From Persephonella sp. (lineage in GTDB: Bacteria > Aquificota > Aquificia > Aquificales > Hydrogenothermaceae): a stretch of 57,075 nt of DNA. A program made the translations under genes and the position numbers. Below are positions 17,740-27,060 of this stretch, in pieces. The notes beneath the pieces are model-generated. The model was given only the letters and a program-made list of their open reading frames with translations, did not search any database and was not told where the DNA came from. The stretch covers positions 1 to 57,075 of the forward strand of contig JALVEY010000163.1 of assembly GCA_027030485.1 (NCBI GenBank), read 5' to 3'. How positions within the stretch are numbered: the first letter of the stretch is position 1; every line of letters starts with the position of its first letter.

Positions 17740-18067
17740 AAAAAGTATAAAAAGTATATTATTAGGATTATATTCCTATCTAAAAGTTTCCAAACCGCAA
17801 ATATAATTCGTAAAACTGAAAACAATAATGAATGCATACTTTAAAATAATTTTAATATTATTGCTTTACTCTTTGATAGATAATTTATCTCTCAACTTTA
17901 AATACATTTCCTATTCCTAATAGATTTTCTCAAACTCATCAGCTTAATATTATTTAACTTGAACCAATAAATTTAAAAAGTTTTTCGTTCTTCTTTACAT
18001 GTGTTGTCTATATCCATATAGATATAGTCTTCACCATTTTTTCAAATTTTTACACAAATTTAAACTA

Positions 18068-18232
18068 ACGTGAGTTCGAAAATAAAAAAGCCTCCAGTTA
18101 AGCTAAAATAAAATCAAAAACTGAAAAAATGCTTGTAATAAATATACTGCTGGTTAGATGACTTTTACAAATTTTTTTGAAGAACATATTAAATCAAAAA
18201 CATTTCCAAAGTTCACTTATCCAATTATGAAG
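18068..18232 (+). mobile_element. 5' fragment of an IS982-family element
   Basis: acgtgagttcga resembles an IS982-type end (from memory). It is followed by frameshifted IYCWLDDFYKFF..LSNYE, like the IS982 transposase N-terminus. Confidence 0.45.
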
Positions 18233-18302
18233 GAAGATCATAGTTTTGGTTAACATTTGGCTGTATAATTTGCAAATTACAAAGATTAAATATAAGGTAA
18301 AG

Positions 18303-19076
18303 ATGAAAAAATACAGGGTTCTTCTTGTTAATGACGATGGTTATCAGTCTAAGGGGCTGACAGCAATAAGAAACAGGCTTGTAGATGAGGAGTTTGAGGT
18401 AATAACTGTTGCTCCAGATAGAAATATGTCAGGGTCAAGCCATTCCCTCACATTCACAAAACCTTTAAAGATAGAAAAGTTAGAGGAAAACTTTTATTAC
18501 GTAGTTGATGGAACGCCAGCAGATTGTGTTCATTTAGGGTATCATGTAATATTGAAAGGGCAAAAACCAGACATTTTGGTTGCAGGAATTAACACAGGCC
18601 CAAATCTTGGGAACGATATTTTTTACTCTGGTACTGTTGGAGCTGCAAGGGAAGGAACAATGCTTGGGATTATGTCTGTTGCTTTTTCTCCATCTTCAGC
18701 AAAAAACCCTGATTTTGAAGGAATGTCCCATCTTGCAGTAAAAATAATAAAACAGGTTCTGCATAAGGGTCTGCCTGATAAGGTTTTTCTCAATGTTACA
18801 TTTCCTAATTTACCTGTTGATCAGATTAAAGGTTATCTTTTGACAAGACAGGGAAGGAGTGCTTATAAAGAAGAAATAAAGAGGTATATATCTCCCTCTA
18901 AGGAAGTATACTGGTGGATCGGCGGTGAGGAGGCTCTTGAGGAGGAGTGTGAAAAAGGTACAGACTATACAGCTGTTAAAGAAGGTTTTGTTTCTATTAC
19001 CCCTATAAGGCTTGACCTTACAGATTACAGGGGAATTGAGATAATGGAGAGATTTGACTTTTTAAGTATAGAATAA
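18303..19076 (+). CDS. surE: 5'/3'-nucleotidase SurE
   Basis: [22 protein letters not shown] and YSGTVGAA motifs. Start placed at ATG 18303. Confidence 0.95.
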   Translation: MKKYRVLLVNDDGYQSKGLTAIRNRLVDEEFEVITVAPDRNMSGSSHSLTFTKPLKIEKLEENFYYVVDGTPADCVHLGYHVILKGQKPDILVAGINTGPNLGNDIFYSGTVGAAREGTMLGIMSVAFSPSSAKNPDFEGMSHLAVKIIKQVLHKGLPDKVFLNVTFPNLPVDQIKGYLLTRQGRSAYKEEIKRYISPSKEVYWWIGGEEALEEECEKGTDYTAVKEGFVSITPIRLDLTDYRGIEIMERFDFLSIE

Positions 19077-19078
19077 AT

Positions 19079-19360
19079 TTATATTATGCCCATAACTTCT
19101 TTGTACCTGTCAACAACCGCTCTTCTAACCTTTTCAGTAAATTCATTATCAAGGGACTGGACAATATCAACATAGGTTCCTTTTGAGCTTGCTTTTTTTG
19201 GAAAAGATATAAAAAGCCCACCATGTTTAGACTCCACTACCTTTATACCTTTTATAACAAGAATATTATCAAGGGTTATATCAGCTACAGCCCTTACTCT
19301 ACCGCCTATTCTGCTTGTATCAAATGGGTATATCTTAACTTCTGTTATTTCCATTTTCAT
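19079..19360 (-). CDS. spoVG: SpoVG family nucleic-acid-binding protein
   Basis: MEITEVKI..A.ADITLD..GIKVVE..GLFISFP pattern. Confidence 0.85.
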   Translation of the reverse strand: MKMEITEVKIYPFDTSRIGGRVRAVADITLDNILVIKGIKVVESKHGGLFISFPKKASSKGTYVDIVQSLDNEFTEKVRRAVVDRYKEVMGII

Positions 19361-20331
19361 AGCGTTAAAATGTTATTAAGCTCAAAGTCAGAGAGATCAG
19401 GTTTTTTCACTTTCCCAAAAGAGATTTCAAGAGGCTTAGACACAACTTTTCCATTTTCAAGTGCAACCATAATATTCTTTTTACCGTTAATATACTCCTC
19501 AACAGCAAAAACACCAAATCTTGAGGCGATTATTCTGTCGTAAATACTGGGATTCCCTCCTCTCTGAATATAACCTAAAACAGAGTACCTCACCCCACCA
19601 AAATCGTAAGGTTTCAGTTTTTGTGAAAGAATTTCCGCGATCTCCTTTCCGGAGGCAACCCCTTCGGCTACAACAACGATAGAGAACCTTTTTCCTCTTT
19701 TTCTTGCCTGAAGAATTGAGTCAATAATAACATGCATTGGAAAAGGATACTCGGGTATAAGTGTAACATCAGCTCCTGATGCTATTCCTGCAGCAAGGGC
19801 TATAAATCCGCTTTTTCTTCCCATTACCTCAACAACAAAAACCCTTTCATGTGAAACGGATGTATCTCTGATTTTGTCTATCGCATCAACGGCATTATTT
19901 ACTGCCGTATCAAAGCCTATAGTGTACTCTGTTCCATAAGTGTCGTTATCTATAGTTTTTGGAATTCCTATCACAGGAAAGTCAAACTCTTTAACAAGAA
20001 GGTTGGCTCCCTGAAAACTTCCATTTCCACCTATAACAAAAAGTGCGTCAATCCCTTCTTTCCTCAGATTTTCTACAGCCTTTTTTCTGTATTCGTACTG
20101 ACGGAACCTATCTTCTCTTGCTGAAAGCAGAATAGTTCCTCCCCTGTTTATTATCTGGCTGACGTCCCTTGGTTTTAGAGTGATAAACTCTTTCTCAATC
20201 AGACCTTTAAAGCCCCTTTTCACTCCTACAACCTGAAGGTTGTAGTAATGTCCTGCTCTGACAACAGCCCTTATACAGGCATTAAGTCCTGGGGCATCAC
20301 CCCCGCTTGTTAAAACAGCTACTTTTCTCAT
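19357..20331 (-). CDS. pfkA: 6-phosphofructokinase
   Basis: TSGGDAPG, GGNGS, PKTIDND, EVMGR and QRGG motifs. Confidence 0.95.
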   Translation of the reverse strand: MRKVAVLTSGGDAPGLNACIRAVVRAGHYYNLQVVGVKRGFKGLIEKEFITLKPRDVSQIINRGGTILLSAREDRFRQYEYRKKAVENLRKEGIDALFVIGGNGSFQGANLLVKEFDFPVIGIPKTIDNDTYGTEYTIGFDTAVNNAVDAIDKIRDTSVSHERVFVVEVMGRKSGFIALAAGIASGADVTLIPEYPFPMHVIIDSILQARKRGKRFSIVVVAEGVASGKEIAEILSQKLKPYDFGGVRYSVLGYIQRGGNPSIYDRIIASRFGVFAVEEYINGKKNIMVALENGKVVSKPLEISFGKVKKPDLSDFELNNILTL

Positions 20332-20681
20332 TTTTTGACCATGTAGCAGTAATCAAATGTTTCTGCCATTGTTGGGTAAAGATCTCCTGTAATTTTATCA
20401 ACATATATTTTTCTGATCACATCAAAGTTCTCATAACCTTCAGTATAAACCTCACCTATGTAATATCTGTTGCCCTCACACACATTTATTCTTTGTGAAA
20501 CATATTTTGAGCCTTTTATATAATTTTCAATCTTTTTTTTTGCCTCTTCGAGAGATACAGCCGGATTTGCATACTGTCCTTTTTGTATAAAATTTACAGA
20601 TTTTTTTATTTCTTGAGAGAAAGCAACTCCACCAAATCCTGTAATGAAAATAACCCCTGCTACCGCTACTAATCTTTTCAT
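20328..20681 (-). CDS. Small exported protein (PepSY-like)
   Basis: Signal peptide; VSLEEAKK and IYVDKITG patterns. Confidence 0.55.
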   Translation of the reverse strand: MKRLVAVAGVIFITGFGGVAFSQEIKKSVNFIQKGQYANPAVSLEEAKKKIENYIKGSKYVSQRINVCEGNRYYIGEVYTEGYENFDVIRKIYVDKITGDLYPTMAETFDYCYMVKK

Positions 20682-20698
20682 CTTTTTTCCTCCTTCTT

Positions 20699-21445
20699 TT
20701 AGTAAATCAATGCTGTTAAAAAATAATCTAATATCAAGATGAGAACAGATGCAACTACAACGGCGGTCGTTGTAGACCTTCCAACTCCTTCAGCTCCTCC
20801 TTTTGTTATATAACCGAAATAACAGGCAACTATTGTTATAACAATAGAAAATGCTGCAGATTTGTACATTCCTCCAAATATATCGTGAAGTTCTGTAAGA
20901 TCTTTCATTTTTTCAACAAACAGATATGGGTTTATGGAATAAAGGTATGTTCCCACAAAATATCCACCTACAAGACCTGAAGCATAGGAGAGGATGGTTA
21001 GGGCAGGAACCATTATGAGTGCTGCAATAAGCCTTGGTGCGATCAGGTATCTCAATGGGTTTACAGCCATAACCTCAAGGGCATCTATCTGTTCCGTTAT
21101 TCTCATTGTACCTATATTTGCACCCATAGCTGATCCGCTTCTTGCTGTTACGAGAAGTGCAACTAACACCGGTGATAGTTCTCTTGAAAGAGAGAGAGAA
21201 ACGAGTGCTCCAATAAGAAACTCGGCATTAAATTTATGGAATGTTGGGTATGTTTCAACAACAAGGACACCCCCAGTAAAAAAACCTGTAATAGCAATAA
21301 GTGGAGATGCTGTAACTCCAATTTCTTCCATATATTTAAGGATATGTTTTACTTTAGGTGGATTTTTCAAGGAAATTAAAACCGTTTGCAAAAACAGTAT
21401 CGTTGCAGCTCCTAAATGTTCAATAAATCTTTTTAGTCCTTCCAT
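20699..21445 (-). CDS. mlaE: MlaE family ABC transporter permease
   Basis: RELSPV, GTMRITEQIDALEVMAVNP and GGAEGVG motifs. Confidence 0.9.
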   Translation of the reverse strand: MEGLKRFIEHLGAATILFLQTVLISLKNPPKVKHILKYMEEIGVTASPLIAITGFFTGGVLVVETYPTFHKFNAEFLIGALVSLSLSRELSPVLVALLVTARSGSAMGANIGTMRITEQIDALEVMAVNPLRYLIAPRLIAALIMVPALTILSYASGLVGGYFVGTYLYSINPYLFVEKMKDLTELHDIFGGMYKSAAFSIVITIVACYFGYITKGGAEGVGRSTTTAVVVASVLILILDYFLTALIY

Positions 21446-24148
21446 TTACAGCTCTGCTATATCTTCTTCATTTAATAGATCAAGATTTTCGGCAAACTCA
21501 TCTTCTATTGTAGCATGAGGTTCTTCAGATTTTTCTTCAATATGGGGTGCGGTGCTTTTTGCAAGGTTTTCAAACCTTGTTATCTCTTTTATAAATGCAA
21601 GGTTTATAACCCCTGTAGGACCGTTTCTCTGCTTTGCTATAATGATCTCCGCCAGACCCTCTTCTTCAGGTGTTGGGTTCTTTTTGTAGTATTCTGGTCT
21701 GTGTATGAACATAACAAGGTCAGCATCTTGTTCTATACTGTTGTGAACGATTATATCATTTGCCACAAAGTTGTGGGTATGTTCAACGGTCATATCATAA
21801 ACATCTTTAACATCAAGTTCTTGTATGCTTACTATTTCATCCCAAAGAATGTCAGAGGTAGCAAGTCTGTACAGCTCAACGGCATTTAATATCTGTGCAA
21901 TTTTTAGCAGTCTGCTCCTTGATACACTGTTTTTAAACAGACTGGAACCGCAGTAAGACATCTCAAGTTTTTTAGCGAAGGTCCTCCATGAGGTATCTAC
22001 AGTTTCCTTCAGTTTACGGATTTTTTGGTGCCATATCTCTTTGGGTACTGTATCTATGTTAGGGTTTCCCTTTTTATTTTTTAGAATATCAATAATATAA
22101 GGAATTTCTTTGCCTCTAATTCCGTAACATCCGATATCTTCCAGAAATTTTAACTGATTTTCTTTTCCGTATATGTATACATTGTAGTTTATACGGTACT
22201 TGCCTTTTCTGTTTTGTTTGATGAATGATATTATCCCCAGTTTAAGCAGTAAATGCTGAATTTGTAAAGAAAGTTTTTTACTGGTGGTGGAATAGTATAT
22301 GGAAACATTTTTTGTTTTCCTGTTTAAGTATATTGATCCGTCTGTAGCCCAGAGATGTCTCAGAAACAAAGCGATTTTTTCTTTGCTTGTAGAAAATACG
22401 GCAGGTGAGATTTCTTTTTCGTAGGATCTTACCCTATTTATTCCTAGTCTTTCAAACCATTTAGTTATAGGATGTTTTTTGTGTCTTGAAAGTTTGTAAG
22501 GCGACGGCAGGTAAAGATGATACCAGTTTTTCTGTTTCACAGTTCGTGGATTTATACCAAATAATTTTTTTGCGGTTTCAGATACTATTTTTATGTTCTC
22601 CATGTCTGATGATGTGTAATGGTACGGTTGTTTAGGCAGAATACATCCATCTCCAATTAGATGGGCAAGAAGAATTATTTCCTCATCGGTAAGTTTGTTT
22701 ACATATCCTGTATTTATTAATCTTGGGACGGCAATTTTATCTCCAGTTTTTAACTGATCAAGTCTGTACCAGCCGTCTATTTTAAGAAATGGGTGGTTTG
22801 CTGAAGCCTTAATCTCTCTTCCTGTTTTTGTTTTTAGCAGGAATACCTTTTTCTTTCCGGAGTAAAACACTTTTGAAACAAATGATTTTTTTATTTTGTA
22901 ATCTTTATCCAGAGATAGTGTGTAAAACTGTTTCCCTACCATATCTTTTATAGGTTTGAGCTCCCCTGAATCTGCATCTATTACCAGTGTATCTCCTGTT
23001 AGACACCCGCTCTCTCTCAGGTCTGCAAGCTGGGGTCTTTTGTCTGCCCTCATTTCTGCCTGTCTTGACAGCTGTGCAAGGGATATGACAGGGATATTCA
23101 GCTCTTTTGCGAGGGCTTTTAATCCCCTTGATATTTCTGCCACTTCCTGCTGTCTGTTTTCTGTTCGTCTGTGGGATCTCATAAGCTGAAGGTAATCAAC
23201 AACAATAAGCTGTATATCTTTTTCCCTTTTTAGCCTTCTTGCTTTTGCCCTCAGATCAAGTATTGATATTGAGGCTGTGTCATCAACAAAAAGTGGAGAT
23301 TTTGATATTTCTGCTGCTTTCTCTGTCAGTTTTGCCAGTTTATCTTCACCTAAAAAACCTGATCTTATGTCTTTCAGCCTTATTCTTGTTTCTAAAGAAA
23401 GCAGTCTCATTGCTATCTGTTCCTTTGACATCTCAAGTGAGAAAAATGCGGCAGGCCTTTTTTCTATAACTGAGATATTGTGGAGAATAGAAAGTGCGAA
23501 TGATGTTTTCCCCATTGCAGGTCTTGCTGCTATTATCACAAGATCTCCAGGGTGAAATCCTGTTGTAAGCCTGTCTATATCGTAAAAACCTGAAGGAATT
23601 CCCGTTATAAGTGTCTCTTTTTTAGAAAGCTCATTTATTATTCTTAATGTTTCCTTTATTACATCCTTAATCTCATAATAATGGGTTATTGTTCTGTCTT
23701 CATTTAATTTGAAAATCTGGGTTTCTGCTTCCTCTATAAGCTGATTTATATCTCTTGATTTTTTCGATTTTTCAATGATATTCTTTGCGACTAATATGAG
23801 ATTTCTGGCTATAGCTTTTTCCTTAAGTTGATGGGCTATAGTTTCTATTATGTTTGGTGGTGCAGCATCATTTCCTATCAGTGCTATGTATGATTTACCC
23901 CCTACTTTATCAAGTTTACCTTTTAGATCAAGATAGTTAACAAGAACAAGAGGGTCTAACTCCTTACCTTCTTCAATTATCTGAAGAATTGCCTCATAAA
24001 TTATTCTGTGTTTTTGGTTGTAGAAATCTTCAGGTTTAAGTATATTAAGAACAACATCAGCAGCAGAAGGATCTAAGAAAATGCCACCTAAAACAGCCCT
24101 TTCTGTCTGATCATCATGGGGAAGAACCACATCAAATTCTTCTGCCAT
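21446..24148 (-). CDS. dnaB: Replicative DNA helicase DnaB, intein-containing
   Basis: AARPAMGKT, FSLEM, VDYLQL, QLSR, and LRESG/SIEQDAD split by the intein. Confidence 0.97.
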   Translation of the reverse strand: MAEEFDVVLPHDDQTERAVLGGIFLDPSAADVVLNILKPEDFYNQKHRIIYEAILQIIEEGKELDPLVLVNYLDLKGKLDKVGGKSYIALIGNDAAPPNIIETIAHQLKEKAIARNLILVAKNIIEKSKKSRDINQLIEEAETQIFKLNEDRTITHYYEIKDVIKETLRIINELSKKETLITGIPSGFYDIDRLTTGFHPGDLVIIAARPAMGKTSFALSILHNISVIEKRPAAFFSLEMSKEQIAMRLLSLETRIRLKDIRSGFLGEDKLAKLTEKAAEISKSPLFVDDTASISILDLRAKARRLKREKDIQLIVVDYLQLMRSHRRTENRQQEVAEISRGLKALAKELNIPVISLAQLSRQAEMRADKRPQLADLRESGCLTGDTLVIDADSGELKPIKDMVGKQFYTLSLDKDYKIKKSFVSKVFYSGKKKVFLLKTKTGREIKASANHPFLKIDGWYRLDQLKTGDKIAVPRLINTGYVNKLTDEEIILLAHLIGDGCILPKQPYHYTSSDMENIKIVSETAKKLFGINPRTVKQKNWYHLYLPSPYKLSRHKKHPITKWFERLGINRVRSYEKEISPAVFSTSKEKIALFLRHLWATDGSIYLNRKTKNVSIYYSTTSKKLSLQIQHLLLKLGIISFIKQNRKGKYRINYNVYIYGKENQLKFLEDIGCYGIRGKEIPYIIDILKNKKGNPNIDTVPKEIWHQKIRKLKETVDTSWRTFAKKLEMSYCGSSLFKNSVSRSRLLKIAQILNAVELYRLATSDILWDEIVSIQELDVKDVYDMTVEHTHNFVANDIIVHNSIEQDADLVMFIHRPEYYKKNPTPEEEGLAEIIIAKQRNGPTGVINLAFIKEITRFENLAKSTAPHIEEKSEEPHATIEDEFAENLDLLNEEDIAEL
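21740..23005 (-). mobile_element. DnaB intein (422 aa) with LAGLIDADG homing endonuclease
   Basis: Begins CLTGDT after LRESG and ends IIVHN before Ser. Contains block B ASANHPF and endonuclease motifs LLAHLIGDG and FLRHLWATDG. Confidence 0.95.
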
Positions 24149-24277
24149 AAAATCACCGTTTTAATTTTATTGAAAATGTATTAAATTTCTCAAAATTTTC
24201 ATTTTGCTCAGATATATTTTTCGGAAGGTGATACATTAAAATAACACAGAAAACTAAATCCTGCTTCAATTATAAGA

Positions 24278-24293
24278 ACCCGCCAGGGCGGGT
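24278..24293 (-). terminator. Probable terminator of the rpsF-ssb-rpsR-rplI operon
   Basis: acccgc-cagg-gcgggt hairpin immediately after rplI; the U-tract is weak. Confidence 0.55.
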
Positions 24294-24299
24294 CTTTGT

Positions 24300-24752
24300 T
24301 TACTCAACATTTTCAGGGATAACATGAACCTTTATAACTTCACTTATTTCAGGATGAAGCCTGATGGTTATATTGTAAGCTCCAATGTTTCTGATAGGGC
24401 TTCTGAGCATGATCTTTTTTCTTTCTACCTCTATTCCTTTTTCTTTGAGGGCTTCTGCTATGTCTGCTGTTGTTACAGATCCATAAAGCTTACCTGTAGT
24501 TCCAACGGGTCTTTTAATTTCTATCTCAAGGCCCTTTAGTTTTTGTGCCAGTTCAACGGCTTTTTGTTTCTCTCTCTCAAGCTTTCTTGCTTTTTGTCTC
24601 AATATTTCCTGTACCATCTTTATGTTACTCTCCGTTGCTTCGTATGCAAACCCTTTAGGGATGAGGTAATTTCTTGCAAAACCTCTTTTGACTTCTATTA
24701 TATCCCCTATTGTTCCCCAGCCTTCAACATCTTTTGCCAGAATAACCTTCAT
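24300..24752 (-). CDS. rplI: 50S ribosomal protein L9
   Basis: MKVIL..GFARNYLIP; GKLYGSVT. Confidence 0.97.
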   Translation of the reverse strand: MKVILAKDVEGWGTIGDIIEVKRGFARNYLIPKGFAYEATESNIKMVQEILRQKARKLEREKQKAVELAQKLKGLEIEIKRPVGTTGKLYGSVTTADIAEALKEKGIEVERKKIMLRSPIRNIGAYNITIRLHPEISEVIKVHVIPENVE

Positions 24753-24766
24753 TTTGCCTCGACCTC

Positions 24767-25015
24767 CTACATTATTACATATGGTAAAAGTGCTAACTGT
24801 CTTGCTTTTTTGATCTCAACTGTAAGTTTCCTCTGGTGCTTTCCGCATGTTCCTGAAATTCTTCTTGGTATGATTTTTCCTCTTTCTGATATAAATTGTC
24901 TGAGATAGTCAGTATCTTTGTATGATGGTTCTCTACCTTCTGCACAAAATTTGCAGTATTTTTTTCTTTTCTGGAAAAATGGTTTATTCTGAACTGCTGG
25001 ATTTTTATTAGCCAA
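24767..25015 (-). CDS. rpsR: 30S ribosomal protein S18
   Basis: [26 protein letters not shown]; TTG start. Confidence 0.97.
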   Translation of the reverse strand: MANKNPAVQNKPFFQKRKKYCKFCAEGREPSYKDTDYLRQFISERGKIIPRRISGTCGKHQRKLTVEIKKARQLALLPYVIM

Positions 25016-25036
25016 TTTTTTTACCTCCTAATTTTT

Positions 25037-25453
25037 TTAAAATGGTACATCTTCATCTGAAGAAAAATCTTCAGGTTCATTTGTTATATCAAGGTCAGGT
25101 TCTTCTTCTTTTTCTGTAGATCTTTCCTGTGTTTTTGCTGAAATTATATTTACTTTGTCTGCAACAACTTTTATTTTTGTCCTTTTTTCGCCTGAAGCTG
25201 TTTCCCATCTGTCCTGTCTTAGTTGTCCCTCTATAAGTATTTGTGTTCCTTTATTGAGCTGCTTCCCCAGTCTTTCTGCAAGCATTCCAAAGCTTTCAAT
25301 ATCAAAGAAGTACGTTTCCTCTTTCCATTCGTTGTTTACCCTGTAGGGTCTATTAACAGCTATTGTGAAACTTGTTATCTGAGAACCGCTTGGAAGAAAT
25401 CTTATCTCTGGATCCCTCGTAAGTCTTCCTATAAGAAAAACTTTGTTAAGCAT
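25037..25453 (-). CDS. ssb: Single-stranded DNA-binding protein
   Basis: NKVFLIGRLTRDPE; acidic DEDVPF tail. Confidence 0.97.
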   Translation of the reverse strand: MLNKVFLIGRLTRDPEIRFLPSGSQITSFTIAVNRPYRVNNEWKEETYFFDIESFGMLAERLGKQLNKGTQILIEGQLRQDRWETASGEKRTKIKVVADKVNIISAKTQERSTEKEEEPDLDITNEPEDFSSDEDVPF

Positions 25454-25455
25454 AG

Positions 25456-25803
25456 TTATTCTCCTTGTTTTTCAGCAGTCTCAGAAACTTCTTTCTTTTC
25501 TTCCTCTTTTTTTGGTGGCTTGATTTTAAAGTTTAAAAATCTTATTACATCTTCATCAAGCCTAAGATTGTACTCAAGATTCCGTGGAAGTTCTGAGTTT
25601 TCTGTTTTAAAGTTTAGAATGAAGTAGTAGCCGTTATTGAAGTTCTGAATAGGGTAGGCAAGTTCTTTTCTTCCCCATTTGTCAATGTTGTAGATCTCAC
25701 CGCCGTTGGAACTGATGATTTTCTGGATTGTTTCCAATTTTGAAGCCATTTCTTCTTCAGTCATTGTTGGCTTCAGAACAAAGACGAGCTCGTAATGACG
25801 CAT
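25456..25803 (-). CDS. rpsF: 30S ribosomal protein S6
   Basis: MRHYE, WGRKELAYPI, VIRFL. Confidence 0.97.
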   Translation of the reverse strand: MRHYELVFVLKPTMTEEEMASKLETIQKIISSNGGEIYNIDKWGRKELAYPIQNFNNGYYFILNFKTENSELPRNLEYNLRLDEDVIRFLNFKIKPPKKEEEKKEVSETAEKQGE

Positions 25804-25807
25804 CTCT

Positions 25808-25865
25808 TACCTCCTTCTGGTTGATTTATAATCAGCCTCCGGTCATTTGTGCCGGAAGCAAGGAT
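25808..25865 (-). promoter_or_regulatory. S6:S18 (rpsF) ribosomal protein leader
   Basis: The - strand reads UCCUU-GCUUCCGG..CCGGAGGC..AAGGAGGU, so the 5' segment can pair with the RBS and enclose a hairpin, as in the known rpsF leader. The canonical CCG reads CUG here. Confidence 0.55.
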
Positions 25866-25868
25866 ATT

Positions 25869-26438
25869 TCATATTATTTTCTGGTTGCATAAATTCATAG
25901 ATTTATCAATACCATATTTTAACACATTTACGACACACTGGGCAGCTGATTGTATAACCTTTTCAACTATCAGTTGCTGATCCCTGCTGAAAGGAGATAG
26001 AACATAATTAACAACCTGTTCTTTTCTTTCAGGTCTTCCAATTCCTATTTTTAATCTTGGAAAATCCTCTGTTCTTATATTTTCTATTATTGATGCCATG
26101 CCTCTATGTCCACCGCTTGACCCTTTTTTCCTTAGTCTTAATGTACCAAGGGGAAGATCAAGATCATCATAAATTACCAGTATCTCTTCAGGTTTCAGCC
26201 TGTAGTCTTCTAATATATTTTTTACAGCGACTCCACTGTTGTTCATATATGTTTGGGGTTTGGCTATTATCAAGTCATGATCTGGACACTCATATATATG
26301 TGAGAAACATTTTTCAATGTATTTTTTATTACATTGAAGAAGAGACGCCACAGCATCAGCAACCATAAAACCGATGTTGTGGCGTGTTTTTTCGTACTGT
26401 TTTCCTGGATTGCCCAGTCCGATTACAGCTTTAATCAT
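25869..26438 (-). CDS. pth: Peptidyl-tRNA hydrolase
   Basis: GLGNPG, TRHNIGF, KPQTYMN, GGHRG, RLKIGIGRP. Confidence 0.97.
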   Translation of the reverse strand: MIKAVIGLGNPGKQYEKTRHNIGFMVADAVASLLQCNKKYIEKCFSHIYECPDHDLIIAKPQTYMNNSGVAVKNILEDYRLKPEEILVIYDDLDLPLGTLRLRKKGSSGGHRGMASIIENIRTEDFPRLKIGIGRPERKEQVVNYVLSPFSRDQQLIVEKVIQSAAQCVVNVLKYGIDKSMNLCNQKII

Positions 26439-26441
26439 CTA

Positions 26442-27044
26442 TTATGCTGTTTCTGTTGTCTCTTCGGCGGTTTCTTCCTCTATAACTTCTTCAACCTCAG
26501 GTTCAAGAACAACAGCAACAACCTCATCTCCAGGGGTCATTATTTTAACCCCTTCAGGTGGTGTAATATCTCTGACGTAAAGAACATCACCTACATCAAG
26601 AGCTGATACATCAACAACGATCTTTTCAGGTATTTTTCTTGGAACTGTTCTAACCATTATAGTGTGAAGTGGTTTTTCAAGTATTCCACCAACCTCAAGT
26701 CCTTTAGGTTTTCCTACTACTTCTACAGGTACTTCAACATCAAGCTCAACCCCAAATGTTACCTCATAAAGATCAACATGGATAGGCTGATCTCCAAGGT
26801 AGTTATACTGCACATCTTTCAAGATGCATACCTTAGGTTCTTCCTCACCTTCTATTTTAAGGTCTATCAGGAACATTCCTGACGGTCTATCTGCAAGATC
26901 TTTCCAGTATATGTAAGCGTGAGCATTTTCATGACCTTTTCCGTAAACCTCAACAGGAATGTATCCCTTTCTTCTGTATTCCTTTACTTCGCTTTTCTTT
27001 CCTGGAGTTCTCGGGATAGCTTTCCATTCAATTCTCTGGATCAT
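26442..27044 (-). CDS. rplY: 50S ribosomal protein L25 (Ctc form)
   Basis: R..GYIP.EVYG and HVDLY motifs plus the C-terminal TL5 domain. ATG 27044 follows GGAGGT. Confidence 0.93.
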   Translation of the reverse strand: MIQRIEWKAIPRTPGKKSEVKEYRRKGYIPVEVYGKGHENAHAYIYWKDLADRPSGMFLIDLKIEGEEEPKVCILKDVQYNYLGDQPIHVDLYEVTFGVELDVEVPVEVVGKPKGLEVGGILEKPLHTIMVRTVPRKIPEKIVVDVSALDVGDVLYVRDITPPEGVKIMTPGDEVVAVVLEPEVEEVIEEETAEETTETA

Positions 27045-27060
27045 TTTTTTTCTTACCTCC

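Noticed and set aside
17740-18060. Possible IS4/ISH3-like transposase remnant on the - strand
   Set aside because: Only vague fragments among many stops in very AT-rich DNA; not supportable without a search.
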